A stretch of 64,000 nt of DNA, from assembly GCA_965216315.1 (NCBI GenBank), contig CBDCFN010000016.1, positions 2,208,001 to 2,272,000 of the forward strand, given 5' to 3'. Positions within the stretch are counted from its first letter, which is position 1. Each line of letters begins with the position of its first letter. This document shows positions 43,759-53,450 of this stretch, piece after piece. This stretch comes from a bacterium. GTDB lineage: Bacteria; UBA10199; 2-02-FULL-50-16; JAJFLM01. The notes beneath the pieces were generated by a model. That model searched no databases and was not told the DNA's origin. It saw nothing but the letters and a program-made list of their open reading frames with translations. The position numbers and the translations under genes are program-made.

Positions 43759-43962
43759 GACACACCTCCAAAAATTTCGTTTACTTGCACCAAGGATTCG
43801 CACCTAACGAATCGCACCCAAATAAGCATCTTACGCTTACGTTCTAGGTTATCGGGTCGGCCAATAATCGAGTTTGGGGCCGGGAGGGCTTTCAGTGGAC
43901 AGTTGAACACACCGAGGAAAGCCCTTTACTCACCCGCGATTTTCTTGTTACCCCTCGATTCT

Positions 43963-44253
43963 ATGCAGCTTAGCCGCGAAGAAGTTGAAAAGATCGCCGA
44001 CCTGGCCCGGCTCAAAATCAGCCACGAAGAGGCGGATAAGCTGGCCGGCCAACTCAGTAATATCCTGACCCTGATGGAGGCGCTGAACCGGCTCGACACC
44101 GAGGGCATCGAACCGACCTCTCACGCCCAAGATGAAGGTACTCCCTTGCGCGAAGATGTCGTCGTCAAAAACACGGTCCGCGATGCCATTCTCGATCAGG
44201 CTCCGGAGCGGGAAGACACCTTATTTAAGGTGCCCAAGGTGATCCAGTCATGA
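43963..44253 (+). CDS. gatC: Asp/Glu-tRNA amidotransferase subunit C
   Basis: [22 protein letters not shown]. Confidence 0.93.
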   Translation: MQLSREEVEKIADLARLKISHEEADKLAGQLSNILTLMEALNRLDTEGIEPTSHAQDEGTPLREDVVVKNTVRDAILDQAPEREDTLFKVPKVIQS

Positions 44254-45713
44254 ACTTATATGAACTCACGCTCCATGATCTACACGACAAACTCCGCACC
44301 AAGGAGGTGAGCTCCAAGGAGGTCACGGAATCCGTGCTCGGTCGTATCGAGGCCGTCGAACCCAAGGTCGCGGCTTACATTACCCGGACCGCGGAGCGGG
44401 CCCTTCAAGATGCCGCGCGCGCCGATGATTTTATTGCCAAGAACGATGAGATCAATCCACTGACGGGAATTCCCATCGCGCTCAAAGATATCTTTCTCAC
44501 TGAAGGGATCCCGACCACCTGCGCCTCGAAGATACTCGACGGTTTTATTCCTCCTTATAACGCCACCGCCGTCGAGAAAATGAATCAAGCCCATTGGGTC
44601 TTGTTGGGCAAACTCAACATGGACGAATTTGCGATGGGGTCTTCCAACGAGACCTCACACTTCGGTACTGTGAAAAATCCCTGGAACCTCGAATGCGTAC
44701 CCGGCGGCAGCTCCGGCGGCAGTGCCGCAGCCGTCGCCGCCGATGAATGTGTCGCCACGCTCGGCACCGATACCGGCGGATCGATTCGCCAACCCGCCGC
44801 GCTCTGCGGCGTCGTCGGACTCAAGCCGACCTATGGCCGCGTTAGCCGTTACGGCGTCATCGCCTTCGCCTCGTCACTCGACCAAGTCGGACCGATTACC
44901 AAGGACGTGCGCGATTGTGCGTTGATGTTACAAGCGATCGCCGGCCATGACCCCAAAGACTCGACCTCCGTTGATATTCCCGTCCCCGACTATAGTGCGA
45001 CCCTCGGCCAAGACATCAAGGGTCTCAAGATTGGTATCCCGAAAGAATTTTTCGTCGAAGGCTTGAGCCCCCAAATAGAAGCAGCGGTGCGCACCGCGAT
45101 CAAACAATTTGAATCACTCGGCGCAATAGTCAAAGAGGTCTCACTGCCGCATACCGAATATGCCGTTCCGACCTACTACATCCTGGCGCCCGCTGAAGCT
45201 TCGTCAAATCTGGCCCGCTACGACGGGATTCGTTACGGGTACCGCGACCCGGTCCCGCAGGACTTACTTGAGTTGTATAAAGAAAGTCGCTCCAAGGGCT
45301 TTGGAGACGAGGTCAAACGCCGCATCATGATCGGAACCTACGTCTTGTCGGCAGGCTACTACGACGCCTACTATCTCAAGGCGCAAAAGGTACGAACCTT
45401 GATTAAAAAAGATTATACGGATCTCTTCGATTCCGGTGCAGTGGATCTGATCGTGGGGCCGGTCAGCCCGACTCCCGCCTTTAAAATCGGTGAAAAGACC
45501 GATGACCCCCTCGAGATGTATCTGTCCGATGTCTTAACGATAGCGGTCAATCTCGCCGGGCTGCCGGGCATGTCTTTGCCCTGTGGATTTGTCGACGGGC
45601 TACCCATTGGTTTGCAGCTTATTGGCCGTCCGTTCGGGGAAGAAAAGATGTTACAGGCCGCCCATGCCTACGAACAGTCGACGGACTGGCACCAACAGCG
45701 CCCTTCTCTTTAA
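44250..45713 (+). CDS. gatA: Asp/Glu-tRNA amidotransferase subunit A
   Basis: [41 protein letters not shown]. Confidence 0.97.
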   Translation: MNLYELTLHDLHDKLRTKEVSSKEVTESVLGRIEAVEPKVAAYITRTAERALQDAARADDFIAKNDEINPLTGIPIALKDIFLTEGIPTTCASKILDGFIPPYNATAVEKMNQAHWVLLGKLNMDEFAMGSSNETSHFGTVKNPWNLECVPGGSSGGSAAAVAADECVATLGTDTGGSIRQPAALCGVVGLKPTYGRVSRYGVIAFASSLDQVGPITKDVRDCALMLQAIAGHDPKDSTSVDIPVPDYSATLGQDIKGLKIGIPKEFFVEGLSPQIEAAVRTAIKQFESLGAIVKEVSLPHTEYAVPTYYILAPAEASSNLARYDGIRYGYRDPVPQDLLELYKESRSKGFGDEVKRRIMIGTYVLSAGYYDAYYLKAQKVRTLIKKDYTDLFDSGAVDLIVGPVSPTPAFKIGEKTDDPLEMYLSDVLTIAVNLAGLPGMSLPCGFVDGLPIGLQLIGRPFGEEKMLQAAHAYEQSTDWHQQRPSL

Positions 45714-45735
45714 CTTGATTGAAATGAAATGCGCT

Positions 45736-46116
45736 TTAAGCGCGGTGACGATTGAGATGGCGTGGACGAATGTGACGAATGTCTAAACTCTGACCGGAAT
45801 AGCGGTCCTCATGGCGTGCGAGCCGGCGGCGACCTTCAAGACGATCCAGTTCATGACTGTCACTCGAGAAGTCCCCGGATCTATCTTCAGGAGAAGAATC
45901 GTCGGCATAGAGTCCCGGCTGGATGCTACCGATCCCGTCACCACCCCCCAGCGCCTCAATTTCTCTAATGCTGAGACCGGTCTCTTGCGCGATCATGTGA
46001 GCATCGGTGACTCCGGCTTCTATATAAGCCATGGCCTGCTCCCGGGGAGTACGACCAAAGGACGTGTCGCCACCTCTATTATTATCAATGTTCATGTTCG
46101 GCCCATCTATTGCCAT
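45736..46116 (-). CDS. Orphan hypothetical protein
   Basis: AAGGA SD and a sigma54-type promoter upstream. Confidence 0.6.
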   Translation of the reverse strand: MAIDGPNMNIDNNRGGDTSFGRTPREQAMAYIEAGVTDAHMIAQETGLSIREIEALGGGDGIGSIQPGLYADDSSPEDRSGDFSSDSHELDRLEGRRRLARHEDRYSGQSLDIRHIRPRHLNRHRA

Positions 46117-46142
46117 AATTAAAATCCTTCAGGTCTATTCAT

Positions 46143-46159
46143 TGCAAGATGAGTACCAA
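46143..46159 (-). promoter_or_regulatory. Sigma54 (-24/-12) promoter
   Basis: TTGGTACTCATCTTGCA, GG-N10-GC spacing. Confidence 0.65.
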
Positions 46160-46290
46160 AACCGGCTTCAAGGCTAACTTTGTAACTTATTGTAATTATG
46201 TAGTTTTCCATAAGACATCGCACCGACTCCTCAAGAAATCCGCGGCCTTCTGTAGACAGAAGACCTCAGATAGGCTAGCCAAGGCCCCTT

Positions 46291-46788
46291 ATGTCCTCGT
46301 GGCTCCTCTGGCTTCATCTTAGCGGAATCATTATCAGTCTGGGCTCGGCCGTGCTCATCGTCGGGGCGGTTTATCCCGGCACGACCTGGATCGAAGATAA
46401 GTCACAGCGTTTTATGATGATCGCCGGCATCCTCAAATATTTTCACCCCCTCTTTCTCTTCGGCATTTGTTTGATTTTTATGACCGGCGCCATCGGCCTT
46501 ACGGACCTCAAGATCGATCTCGGTACCGCCTACTATACAAAGATCGGTTCCGTACTATTGCAAAAATTCGGGCTGACGATGCTCATTTTTCTCTTCGGCA
46601 GCATGCAATGCGTCGGCACCGGGCTCCGCGTTGCCCGCATGGCCAACGGTGTCATCGAATCCGACGAACCAACCAAGACCCGCTACCTGATGAAAATTTA
46701 TCGCACGACGATCATCAATATCATCCTGTTAGCGGTCACCCTCTACATTGGTTTGAAATTACCGGGCGCGATCGCTGCAGGGAGTTGA
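46291..46788 (+). CDS. Four-helix membrane protein (CopD/DUF4149-like)
   Basis: Four hydrophobic segments, WLHL..G.A start; TGATG coupling to the next gene. Confidence 0.65.
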   Translation: MSSWLLWLHLSGIIISLGSAVLIVGAVYPGTTWIEDKSQRFMMIAGILKYFHPLFLFGICLIFMTGAIGLTDLKIDLGTAYYTKIGSVLLQKFGLTMLIFLFGSMQCVGTGLRVARMANGVIESDEPTKTRYLMKIYRTTIINIILLAVTLYIGLKLPGAIAAGS

Positions 46789-48020
46789 TGCTACACCTAC
46801 CTGATCCATTTGCCCGCGTTCTCCAATCCTACGTCAAGGCAAGCTATTACAAAAATACCCGCAAGGCCGACTTTGCCAAACGCGCTTTTACCGAGGGAGA
46901 TTATCGTTTTTTTATGAAGGGTGTTGCTCAATTGAGCGTCTACTTCACGGCCGACCGGGCGAACCTCCCCAAAAATTACTTCAATCAAAAAGAGCTGCGC
47001 TCGGGCTATCTGCTCTATTTTTTACCCATCAATGCGTTGAAAATAGCGGCCTTATTGAAACAAATCCCTCCTGATTTTTTCAAGTCTCCCCGTTCCGTCC
47101 TGGATATCGGAAGTGGTCCTGGCACCGGAGCGATCGGAACTCTACTCCATTTGGGCGCGGGAGAACCAAAACAGCGCCTTCACATCACATTGCTCGATCA
47201 AAACAAACACATCATGACGGATGGTGCCAATCTGATCCGCAGTATGGTCGACGCAAAACTTTGTGCAAAGCCGGAACAACTCAATATGATTCACTGTGAC
47301 CTCGCACGAGACCTCAATCAAAAACTCCCGCGTCAACAACAATACGATCTGGTCCTTATGGCCAACGTCCTCAACGAAATCCGTGACCTGAATCGGCGCG
47401 CCAAGCTAATCAACCAACTTGTTCAAAAACACCTGACACCGGATGGCCGCCTTATCATCGTTGAACCCGCCCTCCGGCGCCAAACTCGCGAGCTCATGGA
47501 ATTACGCGACATGATCGCAGACCGTGAAATCGCCTTTATCGATGCACCCTGCCTGCATCAAGAGGCCTGTCCGATGTTCGCGCATAATACGCGTGATTGG
47601 TGCCACATGTATTGGGAATGGGAACGCCCAGAGTTTATTGAGCATTTGGATGATCTGGTGGGGATACACAAAGATTACTTAAAGGCGTCGTATCTGATCT
47701 TATCAGCTCTCCCCTCCTTACAAAGGAGGGGATTAAGGGGAGGTCAAACTCGACCCCTCCCTCACCCTCCCCTTAGTAAGGGGAGGGAACATATATGGCG
47801 TGTTGTCAGCGGACCGCTAAATTCTAAAGGTAAAAGCGAGCGCCTTCTCTGCGGCCCAAGTGGCCTTCCCCATTTACACCGCCTCATGCGCCTCGACCGT
47901 AACCGTTCCAAGACCAACCAAGACTTCGACCGGGCGATGCGCGGGGACCTTGTTGTCACGGAAGCAAAGGATAAATTGGGAAAACAGGATTCGTTTCGGC
48001 TTAGCGGCGACGGCCTTTAG
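46788..48020 (+). CDS. Rsm22/METTL17-family SAM-dependent methyltransferase
   Basis: VLDIGSGPGTG, ANVLNE, IVEPA, APCLHQEACP..WCH. Confidence 0.8.
   Translation: MLHLPDPFARVLQSYVKASYYKNTRKADFAKRAFTEGDYRFFMKGVAQLSVYFTADRANLPKNYFNQKELRSGYLLYFLPINALKIAALLKQIPPDFFKSPRSVLDIGSGPGTGAIGTLLHLGAGEPKQRLHITLLDQNKHIMTDGANLIRSMVDAKLCAKPEQLNMIHCDLARDLNQKLPRQQQYDLVLMANVLNEIRDLNRRAKLINQLVQKHLTPDGRLIIVEPALRRQTRELMELRDMIADREIAFIDAPCLHQEACPMFAHNTRDWCHMYWEWERPEFIEHLDDLVGIHKDYLKASYLILSALPSLQRRGLRGGQTRPLPHPPLSKGREHIWRVVSGPLNSKGKSERLLCGPSGLPHLHRLMRLDRNRSKTNQDFDRAMRGDLVVTEAKDKLGKQDSFRLSGDGL
47709..47789. repeat. Inverted pair of family A repeats (copies 5 and 6), in frame in the methyltransferase
   Basis: CTCCCCTCCTTACAAAGGAGGGGATTAAGGGGAGGT...ACCCCTCCCTCACCCTCCCCTTAGTAAGGGGAGGGAA = LPSLQRRGLRGGQTRPLPHPPLSKGRE. 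Confidence 0.85.
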
Positions 48021-50985
48021 TTACTTTCTCGGTCTTTTCCGTCACTTCTTCCTTTTCACCGACTTTTTGGACTTCGACGATGTGGAATTCGACACGACGG
48101 TTCTTCGCCATGCCTTCGGCAGTTTGGTTCGTCGCAATCGGTTGTCTTTCGCCACGCCCTTCGGAGGTCAGGCGTTCCGGTTCAACGCCAAAACCAATAA
48201 TCGCCTCTTTGACCTCACGCGCACGATTATTGGAAAGATTGATATTGTACTGATCCGAACCACGATGATCCGTGTGTCCCTGAATGACAACATGGCGAAT
48301 CCACGGTTGGTCGAGCATCAAGGCCGCAACCGCTTTAACCACCGGCTGCGACTCGGGCAGTATCTTCCAGCGCGCGGTCTCGAAATGAATCGGTTCGAGG
48401 ATCACGATCTGACCGCCTTCGAGCCGGACGTAGCTCTTATATGTCACCCGTCTCTCTGTCACCGATGCCGGACGCGGCGCCCGCTTCTTAATCGGCGCGG
48501 CCACATAAGAGAGCATCGCGAAGATGCGGTAATCAGGCGCCCCGTAACCATTGGTAATGCCTAAACCCGCGCCGACAGTGGCGTTAAGGCGACTTTCCAT
48601 AAAGCCCTTACGAATGCCAAACAACCATTCCAGCGGCGACCGATTGGCACGCACCCCGTTAAACGCAACCGAACCGTTTAGTTCGGTCAGACCATGGAGA
48701 TCCCAGGGCTGCCAAATGGGACGACGATAACCAATCCCGTAAAGAAATTCCTGGCCTATGGTCAGGTTAAAGAGATTCTCTTTTTCTCTGAAGCGCATGC
48801 CGATATTGGCCACCACCTTATTCTTCCAGAATTCGACATCATAAACACCACGGACCCCCCCGGTCACACTGGTATCTCCGGTATATTTTGCCGTACTCCC
48901 GGATGGCAAAGTCACAAAAGGAATAACGGCCGCCCCCATCGTCACATTATCCGTTTCCACATCTCCGTGGGTCCACAAGCGGAACTTAGCGGCCAAACCG
49001 ATATCACCGAACGCCGCGGTCGAACTTCCGGACGATGTTCCCACCGGCTCAACCTTTACATTCGGAAAAAAAGGTACGGAAATTCCCAGTTCCACCCAGT
49101 CGGCGAGACCATAGGCCCCGGTCAACGTCATATTAACGTGGTGGTCGACTAGAGAATCAAGCCGCGCCCCGGAACTTACCAAACCCAACTCCAGGGGGTT
49201 TTTTGAAAAGCTAAGACCTAAGCCAAGTGACCAGGCGCGCTTTTCTAACATGCGTGATTCATAGAGATTAACCAGGCCGAGGTTATCGAAGGCAGGACGA
49301 AACAATTCGCCATTGAGCGCATAGGAGGAACATGGAAGCGTCAGACTAACAAGAATAAAAAAAAACGCGAAGTACGGACGCCGGCGCCGACCTCTGAACA
49401 GTGCTAAGGCCATCGCCGCGATTGCCAACAGCAACCAATTGATCCAGGTCGATCGCCCTTTTAACTGAGATGCGTCAATCAACTGGCATGAAGCAAGGCC
49501 GCTCCCCTGAGCCTGAACGGCATCACCGCTGTTTGGAATCGCAATATCGGGATCGACACCATCACCCGGGGTCAGCGGATCATTGTCTATTCCATCGGGA
49601 ATGCCATCATCATCGGAATCCGGATTGGTCGGGTCCGTGCCAATGTCTGTCTCCTCTTCATCATCAAGGCCATCATCATCGGAATCCGGATCACGATAAT
49701 CAGGAATCCCGTCGCCATCCGTGTCGACCGGATCGGTATCCAGATCCGCATCGCCGGCCTCGGTGGCATCCGGGATCGTGTCATCATCGGTATCCAGATC
49801 ACGCACATCCGGAGTGCCGTCGCCATCCGTATCCGTTTCCTCATCGGAGGTGAGACAATCGATCGCATCGAACTCATCCGGGGTAATGCTCAGGTCGGCA
49901 TTGGTATCAAAATTGACAGTATCCGCCTCGTGAATGTCTCGTATCGTATCATTATCGCTATCAATATCGAGATAGTTTGGCGTCCCATCGCTATCCGTAT
50001 CGACGTTGGCGAACCCATCGTTGACATCAATGTCTCCATCGCCATCCGTATCCAGACCTGAAGCCGCCGCCTCTGCAGCACTAATAAAACAATCGCCATC
50101 CGTATCGTGATCGTCGAGATCCCGCTCCGTGATATCGGGAATCCCATCGTTGTCACTATCAGGATCCGAATTGTTGGGGATGTCATCGCCGTCATCATCA
50201 AAAAAGTCTTGTACATCGAGGGTAATACGAATGTCTTCGTCCCCAATCCCGCTATCCGCGAAACTACCCGCCTTAAAGATAATATCCATCGTTTCGTCCG
50301 GATCATTGAGGTCGAGAGTGGAAAAACCAGGATAAGTCGAAAAACCGATCATACTGAATTCCAAGTGTGGCGCGGCACCACTTGGAGAGGCAAAAACCGC
50401 GCTCCCTGTGGCCGCCGCAATGAGACTCCCGTAATAACCCTCCGAAAATGAAGCGTTAAGGCCGAGATCGGGTAAGGCCACCTCACTCACCCGAAAGCCG
50501 CCCGGAGCGCTCCGAACATCTGTTATCCCGGCTACGGCCTCAGGGGTTGTGCCTGGATCGGCATCAAAATCGAGAACCATGGCAAAAAATTCATCGGTCC
50601 CCAAATCAGCATTATCGGATCCGGCTAAACCGGCAAGAATGGCGCTCGTTCCGCCTGGGTCCCCATCTCCATCGGCATCGCCAAAAGGAATCTGAAAACC
50701 ACCCGCATTGCTTTGTTCATAGGTTTTAATCCCGACATCGACCGTGTCGGTCGTCGCATCATAAATCAGGCAAATTTGTTCGACATCAAAGCCACTGATG
50801 GTTCCGGCCGGAAACGCAACCGGCACGCCGACACTCACATCGTTGGGATCGGTAAAACACGCTTCGGCAGGAAAATCGACTGTCACGTCACCTGTGAACT
50901 CAATCGCGCGCGCGCTAACGGGTAATATTAATAAGATGAGTGCAAGAAAGGTGATTCGCATGAAGCGATGTTTGTTGATCATCAT
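48001..50985 (-). CDS. Two-part protein: acidic DxDxDG-repeat surface module + internal Cys sorting signal + second signal peptide + beta-barrel + OmpA-C domain
   Basis: N signal peptide; DTDGDG repeats; QGSGLASCQLI-TM-RGRRRR-hydrophobic-SYA; amphipathic strands; GHTD..N..LS..RA, NRRVEF. Confidence 0.85.
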   Translation of the reverse strand: MMINKHRFMRITFLALILLILPVSARAIEFTGDVTVDFPAEACFTDPNDVSVGVPVAFPAGTISGFDVEQICLIYDATTDTVDVGIKTYEQSNAGGFQIPFGDADGDGDPGGTSAILAGLAGSDNADLGTDEFFAMVLDFDADPGTTPEAVAGITDVRSAPGGFRVSEVALPDLGLNASFSEGYYGSLIAAATGSAVFASPSGAAPHLEFSMIGFSTYPGFSTLDLNDPDETMDIIFKAGSFADSGIGDEDIRITLDVQDFFDDDGDDIPNNSDPDSDNDGIPDITERDLDDHDTDGDCFISAAEAAASGLDTDGDGDIDVNDGFANVDTDSDGTPNYLDIDSDNDTIRDIHEADTVNFDTNADLSITPDEFDAIDCLTSDEETDTDGDGTPDVRDLDTDDDTIPDATEAGDADLDTDPVDTDGDGIPDYRDPDSDDDGLDDEEETDIGTDPTNPDSDDDGIPDGIDNDPLTPGDGVDPDIAIPNSGDAVQAQGSGLASCQLIDASQLKGRSTWINWLLLAIAAMALALFRGRRRRPYFAFFFILVSLTLPCSSYALNGELFRPAFDNLGLVNLYESRMLEKRAWSLGLGLSFSKNPLELGLVSSGARLDSLVDHHVNMTLTGAYGLADWVELGISVPFFPNVKVEPVGTSSGSSTAAFGDIGLAAKFRLWTHGDVETDNVTMGAAVIPFVTLPSGSTAKYTGDTSVTGGVRGVYDVEFWKNKVVANIGMRFREKENLFNLTIGQEFLYGIGYRRPIWQPWDLHGLTELNGSVAFNGVRANRSPLEWLFGIRKGFMESRLNATVGAGLGITNGYGAPDYRIFAMLSYVAAPIKKRAPRPASVTERRVTYKSYVRLEGGQIVILEPIHFETARWKILPESQPVVKAVAALMLDQPWIRHVVIQGHTDHRGSDQYNINLSNNRAREVKEAIIGFGVEPERLTSEGRGERQPIATNQTAEGMAKNRRVEFHIVEVQKVGEKEEVTEKTEKVTKGRRR

Positions 50986-51132
50986 TTGTTATGGAAACTT
51001 GTTTGGCTTCAATCACTAAACACCAACAAGGTCAAGGCAAAACGCAGCTATGCAAACAAAAATACGTATTCTATAAAGAGTTTCTGTGGATAACTCTGAC
51101 GCGCAGCATCTAGCGAGCGACGCGAGCCCCTA

Positions 51133-51444
51133 TTACGTTTTGAACAAACTCATCAGGCCCGGCAAAAAACCGTCCGCCTTACCGGCAATTTTTTCTAATT
51201 CACCGTCATCAAGGTAGACACCGTGACAGCTAAAACACTTATCCACAGCGACACCTCTGAAGATGACTTCGTGCAGCTCCATCCCGCACTTCGGACAACG
51301 CATCCAGTGGAGTTTCTTGAGCTCGGCCTTTTGTTCGGCATCAATCTCGGCGTGGAGATCTTCCGCAAGTTTGCGTTTTTTTTCAGCTTCGACGCGGGCG
51401 AAGTATTCGTCTTCCGGCTTGGAGGGTTTTGATGTGCTACTCAT
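51133..51444 (-). CDS. zf-TFIIB-type zinc ribbon protein
   Basis: EDEYF coil, CPKC...DKCFSCHGVYLDDGEL. Confidence 0.85.
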   Translation of the reverse strand: MSSTSKPSKPEDEYFARVEAEKKRKLAEDLHAEIDAEQKAELKKLHWMRCPKCGMELHEVIFRGVAVDKCFSCHGVYLDDGELEKIAGKADGFLPGLMSLFKT

Positions 51445-51492
51445 GAGCCTATTCTTAGCATAGTATAATTGAAATTTGCAATACCGTACAAT

Positions 51493-52695
51493 CTACCAGC
51501 CACGAAGCTTTGATTTCTTCTTGCCGACACTCGGCTCAGTATAAGGAGGAACGCCTGCAACCGTACACCGTGGGAAGGGCTGCCCCAAGAGCTTTTCAAT
51601 CGTGGCAATCCCCGCCTTGTCTTTCCAAGTCCCAATCACCGATGAAATGCCCTTTTGTCCCGCGCGCCCCGTCCGTCCTGACCGATGGACATAGTCCTCA
51701 GGATTTTGCGGGACTTGATAGCTGATAATTTGTGAAATTCCGAACACGTCGATCCCGCGCGACATCACGTCGGTTGCAACGAGAATGGAATGTTCGCCCT
51801 TCTTAAATCCTTCCAAGGCATGCATCCGCTCTTTTTGACTTCGATCCGAGTGAATCTCAATCGCAGGCTCACCATGCTTTTTAAGATAACGAACCAGCGC
51901 ATCCACATCGCGCTTCATTTGGGCAAAAATGAGAATGGAACCGGGCTCTTCTTTGACGATGGCCAACAGAAGATCCAAGCGTTTCTGCTCTTCCACCAGA
52001 TAAAGACGATGCTCGATCCCTGAAGCCGATGTCCCCGGCCGGGCCGCTTCAATATATTCCGGCGCCTCCATGAATTGGTCCGCAAGGCGTTTAATGCTCA
52101 TCGGCATCGTCGCTGAAAACATCATCGTGCGGTGATCCTTGGACAACATTTTAAGGATCTTTTCGATCTGCGGATAGAATCCCATATCAAGCATGCGATC
52201 CGCTTCGTCGAGCACCAACTCTTCAATCGTCTTGAGCGAAACGTTGCGGCGCTCGACATGGTCCATCAACCGCCCCGGTGTCGCGACGATAATATCCGGA
52301 ATCGCTTTAAGCGCCTTGATCTGCGGGCCCATTTTAACACCACCGATGAGGACCACCGTCTCTAACCTGTGGCTCTTGCCGAAGAAGTCGCAAAATTGCT
52401 TGGTCTGCAGGGCGATCTCGCGCGTGGGACAGAGAATGAGACCGCGAACCCCCTTGCCGTGGGTTAGTTTTTGGACGACCGGCAGGACAAAGGCCGCAGT
52501 CTTACCGGTCCCGGTCTGGGCACAGCCCATCACGTCATGACCCGAAAGCGCAATGGGAATCGCTTTCGCCTGGATAGGGGTCGGATGCTCAAAACCGACC
52601 TCATCGAGGACTTTAAGGATATCGGGCTCCAGCCCCAGTTCCTTAAAACCCGCATCGGTCGTCTCAACGATATGAAAAGGAAGCTCTTCAGTCAC
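51493..52695 (-). CDS. DEAD-box RNA helicase (RhlE-like)
   Basis: PTPIQ, AQTGTGKT, PTREIA, TPGRL, DEAD, SAT, HRSGRTGR. Confidence 0.95.
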   Translation of the reverse strand: MTEELPFHIVETTDAGFKELGLEPDILKVLDEVGFEHPTPIQAKAIPIALSGHDVMGCAQTGTGKTAAFVLPVVQKLTHGKGVRGLILCPTREIALQTKQFCDFFGKSHRLETVVLIGGVKMGPQIKALKAIPDIIVATPGRLMDHVERRNVSLKTIEELVLDEADRMLDMGFYPQIEKILKMLSKDHRTMMFSATMPMSIKRLADQFMEAPEYIEAARPGTSASGIEHRLYLVEEQKRLDLLLAIVKEEPGSILIFAQMKRDVDALVRYLKKHGEPAIEIHSDRSQKERMHALEGFKKGEHSILVATDVMSRGIDVFGISQIISYQVPQNPEDYVHRSGRTGRAGQKGISSVIGTWKDKAGIATIEKLLGQPFPRCTVAGVPPYTEPSVGKKKSKLRGW

Positions 52696-52778
52696 CCGAA
52701 TGGGTGTCTCAGATCCCCCTAGAGCGAGTCAAGCTCCCTTTTAACAGTAACCATGCCAACCACTTTACCTATCCTCAG

Positions 52779-53450
52779 TCAGATCCTCGGTGGAAAAGAC
52801 CATGGGGGTATCGGCTGGGGAGCATTCAAGGACGGCGGCTGGAAATTCTCGAAGGGGTGGAAAGCTGGTTCCTCTTCCTGTACCGGCACCTCATCAAAAG
52901 GGTTGTAAGTGGGATCTTCAATATCCGGGCCTTCGATGATCGGAATCTCGAGCGGAATCTCTATCGCAATCGTCGGTATATACTCGGGCAAGGCAATCAT
53001 CCCCAATTCAATTTCCTCGAAACGGATATTACCGAAATCAACAGCGGCTTCGCTCGGTTCAATCTTGATATAGGGAGAGAGTAGACTCATTTCTTTACCG
53101 AACATCAACGGAATGGCGGTGTCATTCCCCAGGGATAAATCGATCGTGTAGTACTCTCCCGTCCGAACGTAGAAACTAAACGAGCAGTCGGATTCTGTCA
53201 GGTAAGAACGCTCCTTGCCACTGAGGTCCGTCACGATGATCGGACCGGCCGAACAAGCCACTCCCCCGAGGCTCAGGCCCTGGAGCTCAACATCGTGGGC
53301 CCATGGCACAAATCCCGTGACCTGTCGGTATTCATCCGGTGGATTCCCAATCTCGCTGCCTCCTTGCAAGTCGAAGACTTGGGTCTCCCCCCCACATGCG
53401 ACCCCCAAACTAGCAATCAAAACCAATAAAATGAAAAATCGTTTACCCAC
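52779..53450 (-). CDS. Hypothetical lipoprotein with Pro/Glu-rich tail
   Basis: Lipobox GVAC; overlaps the stop of the upstream gene. Confidence 0.7.
   Translation of the reverse strand: MGKRFFILLVLIASLGVACGGETQVFDLQGGSEIGNPPDEYRQVTGFVPWAHDVELQGLSLGGVACSAGPIIVTDLSGKERSYLTESDCSFSFYVRTGEYYTIDLSLGNDTAIPLMFGKEMSLLSPYIKIEPSEAAVDFGNIRFEEIELGMIALPEYIPTIAIEIPLEIPIIEGPDIEDPTYNPFDEVPVQEEEPAFHPFENFQPPSLNAPQPIPPWSFPPRI

Noticed and set aside
46467..46787. N-terminal extension of the methyltransferase ORF
   Set aside because: Overlaps the membrane protein gene in another frame; TGATG coupling at 46786-46790 marks the start
47860..48564. 234-aa plus-strand ORF and the many other short opposite-strand ORFs
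   Set aside because: Shadow ORFs of well-supported genes, with no recognisable motifs
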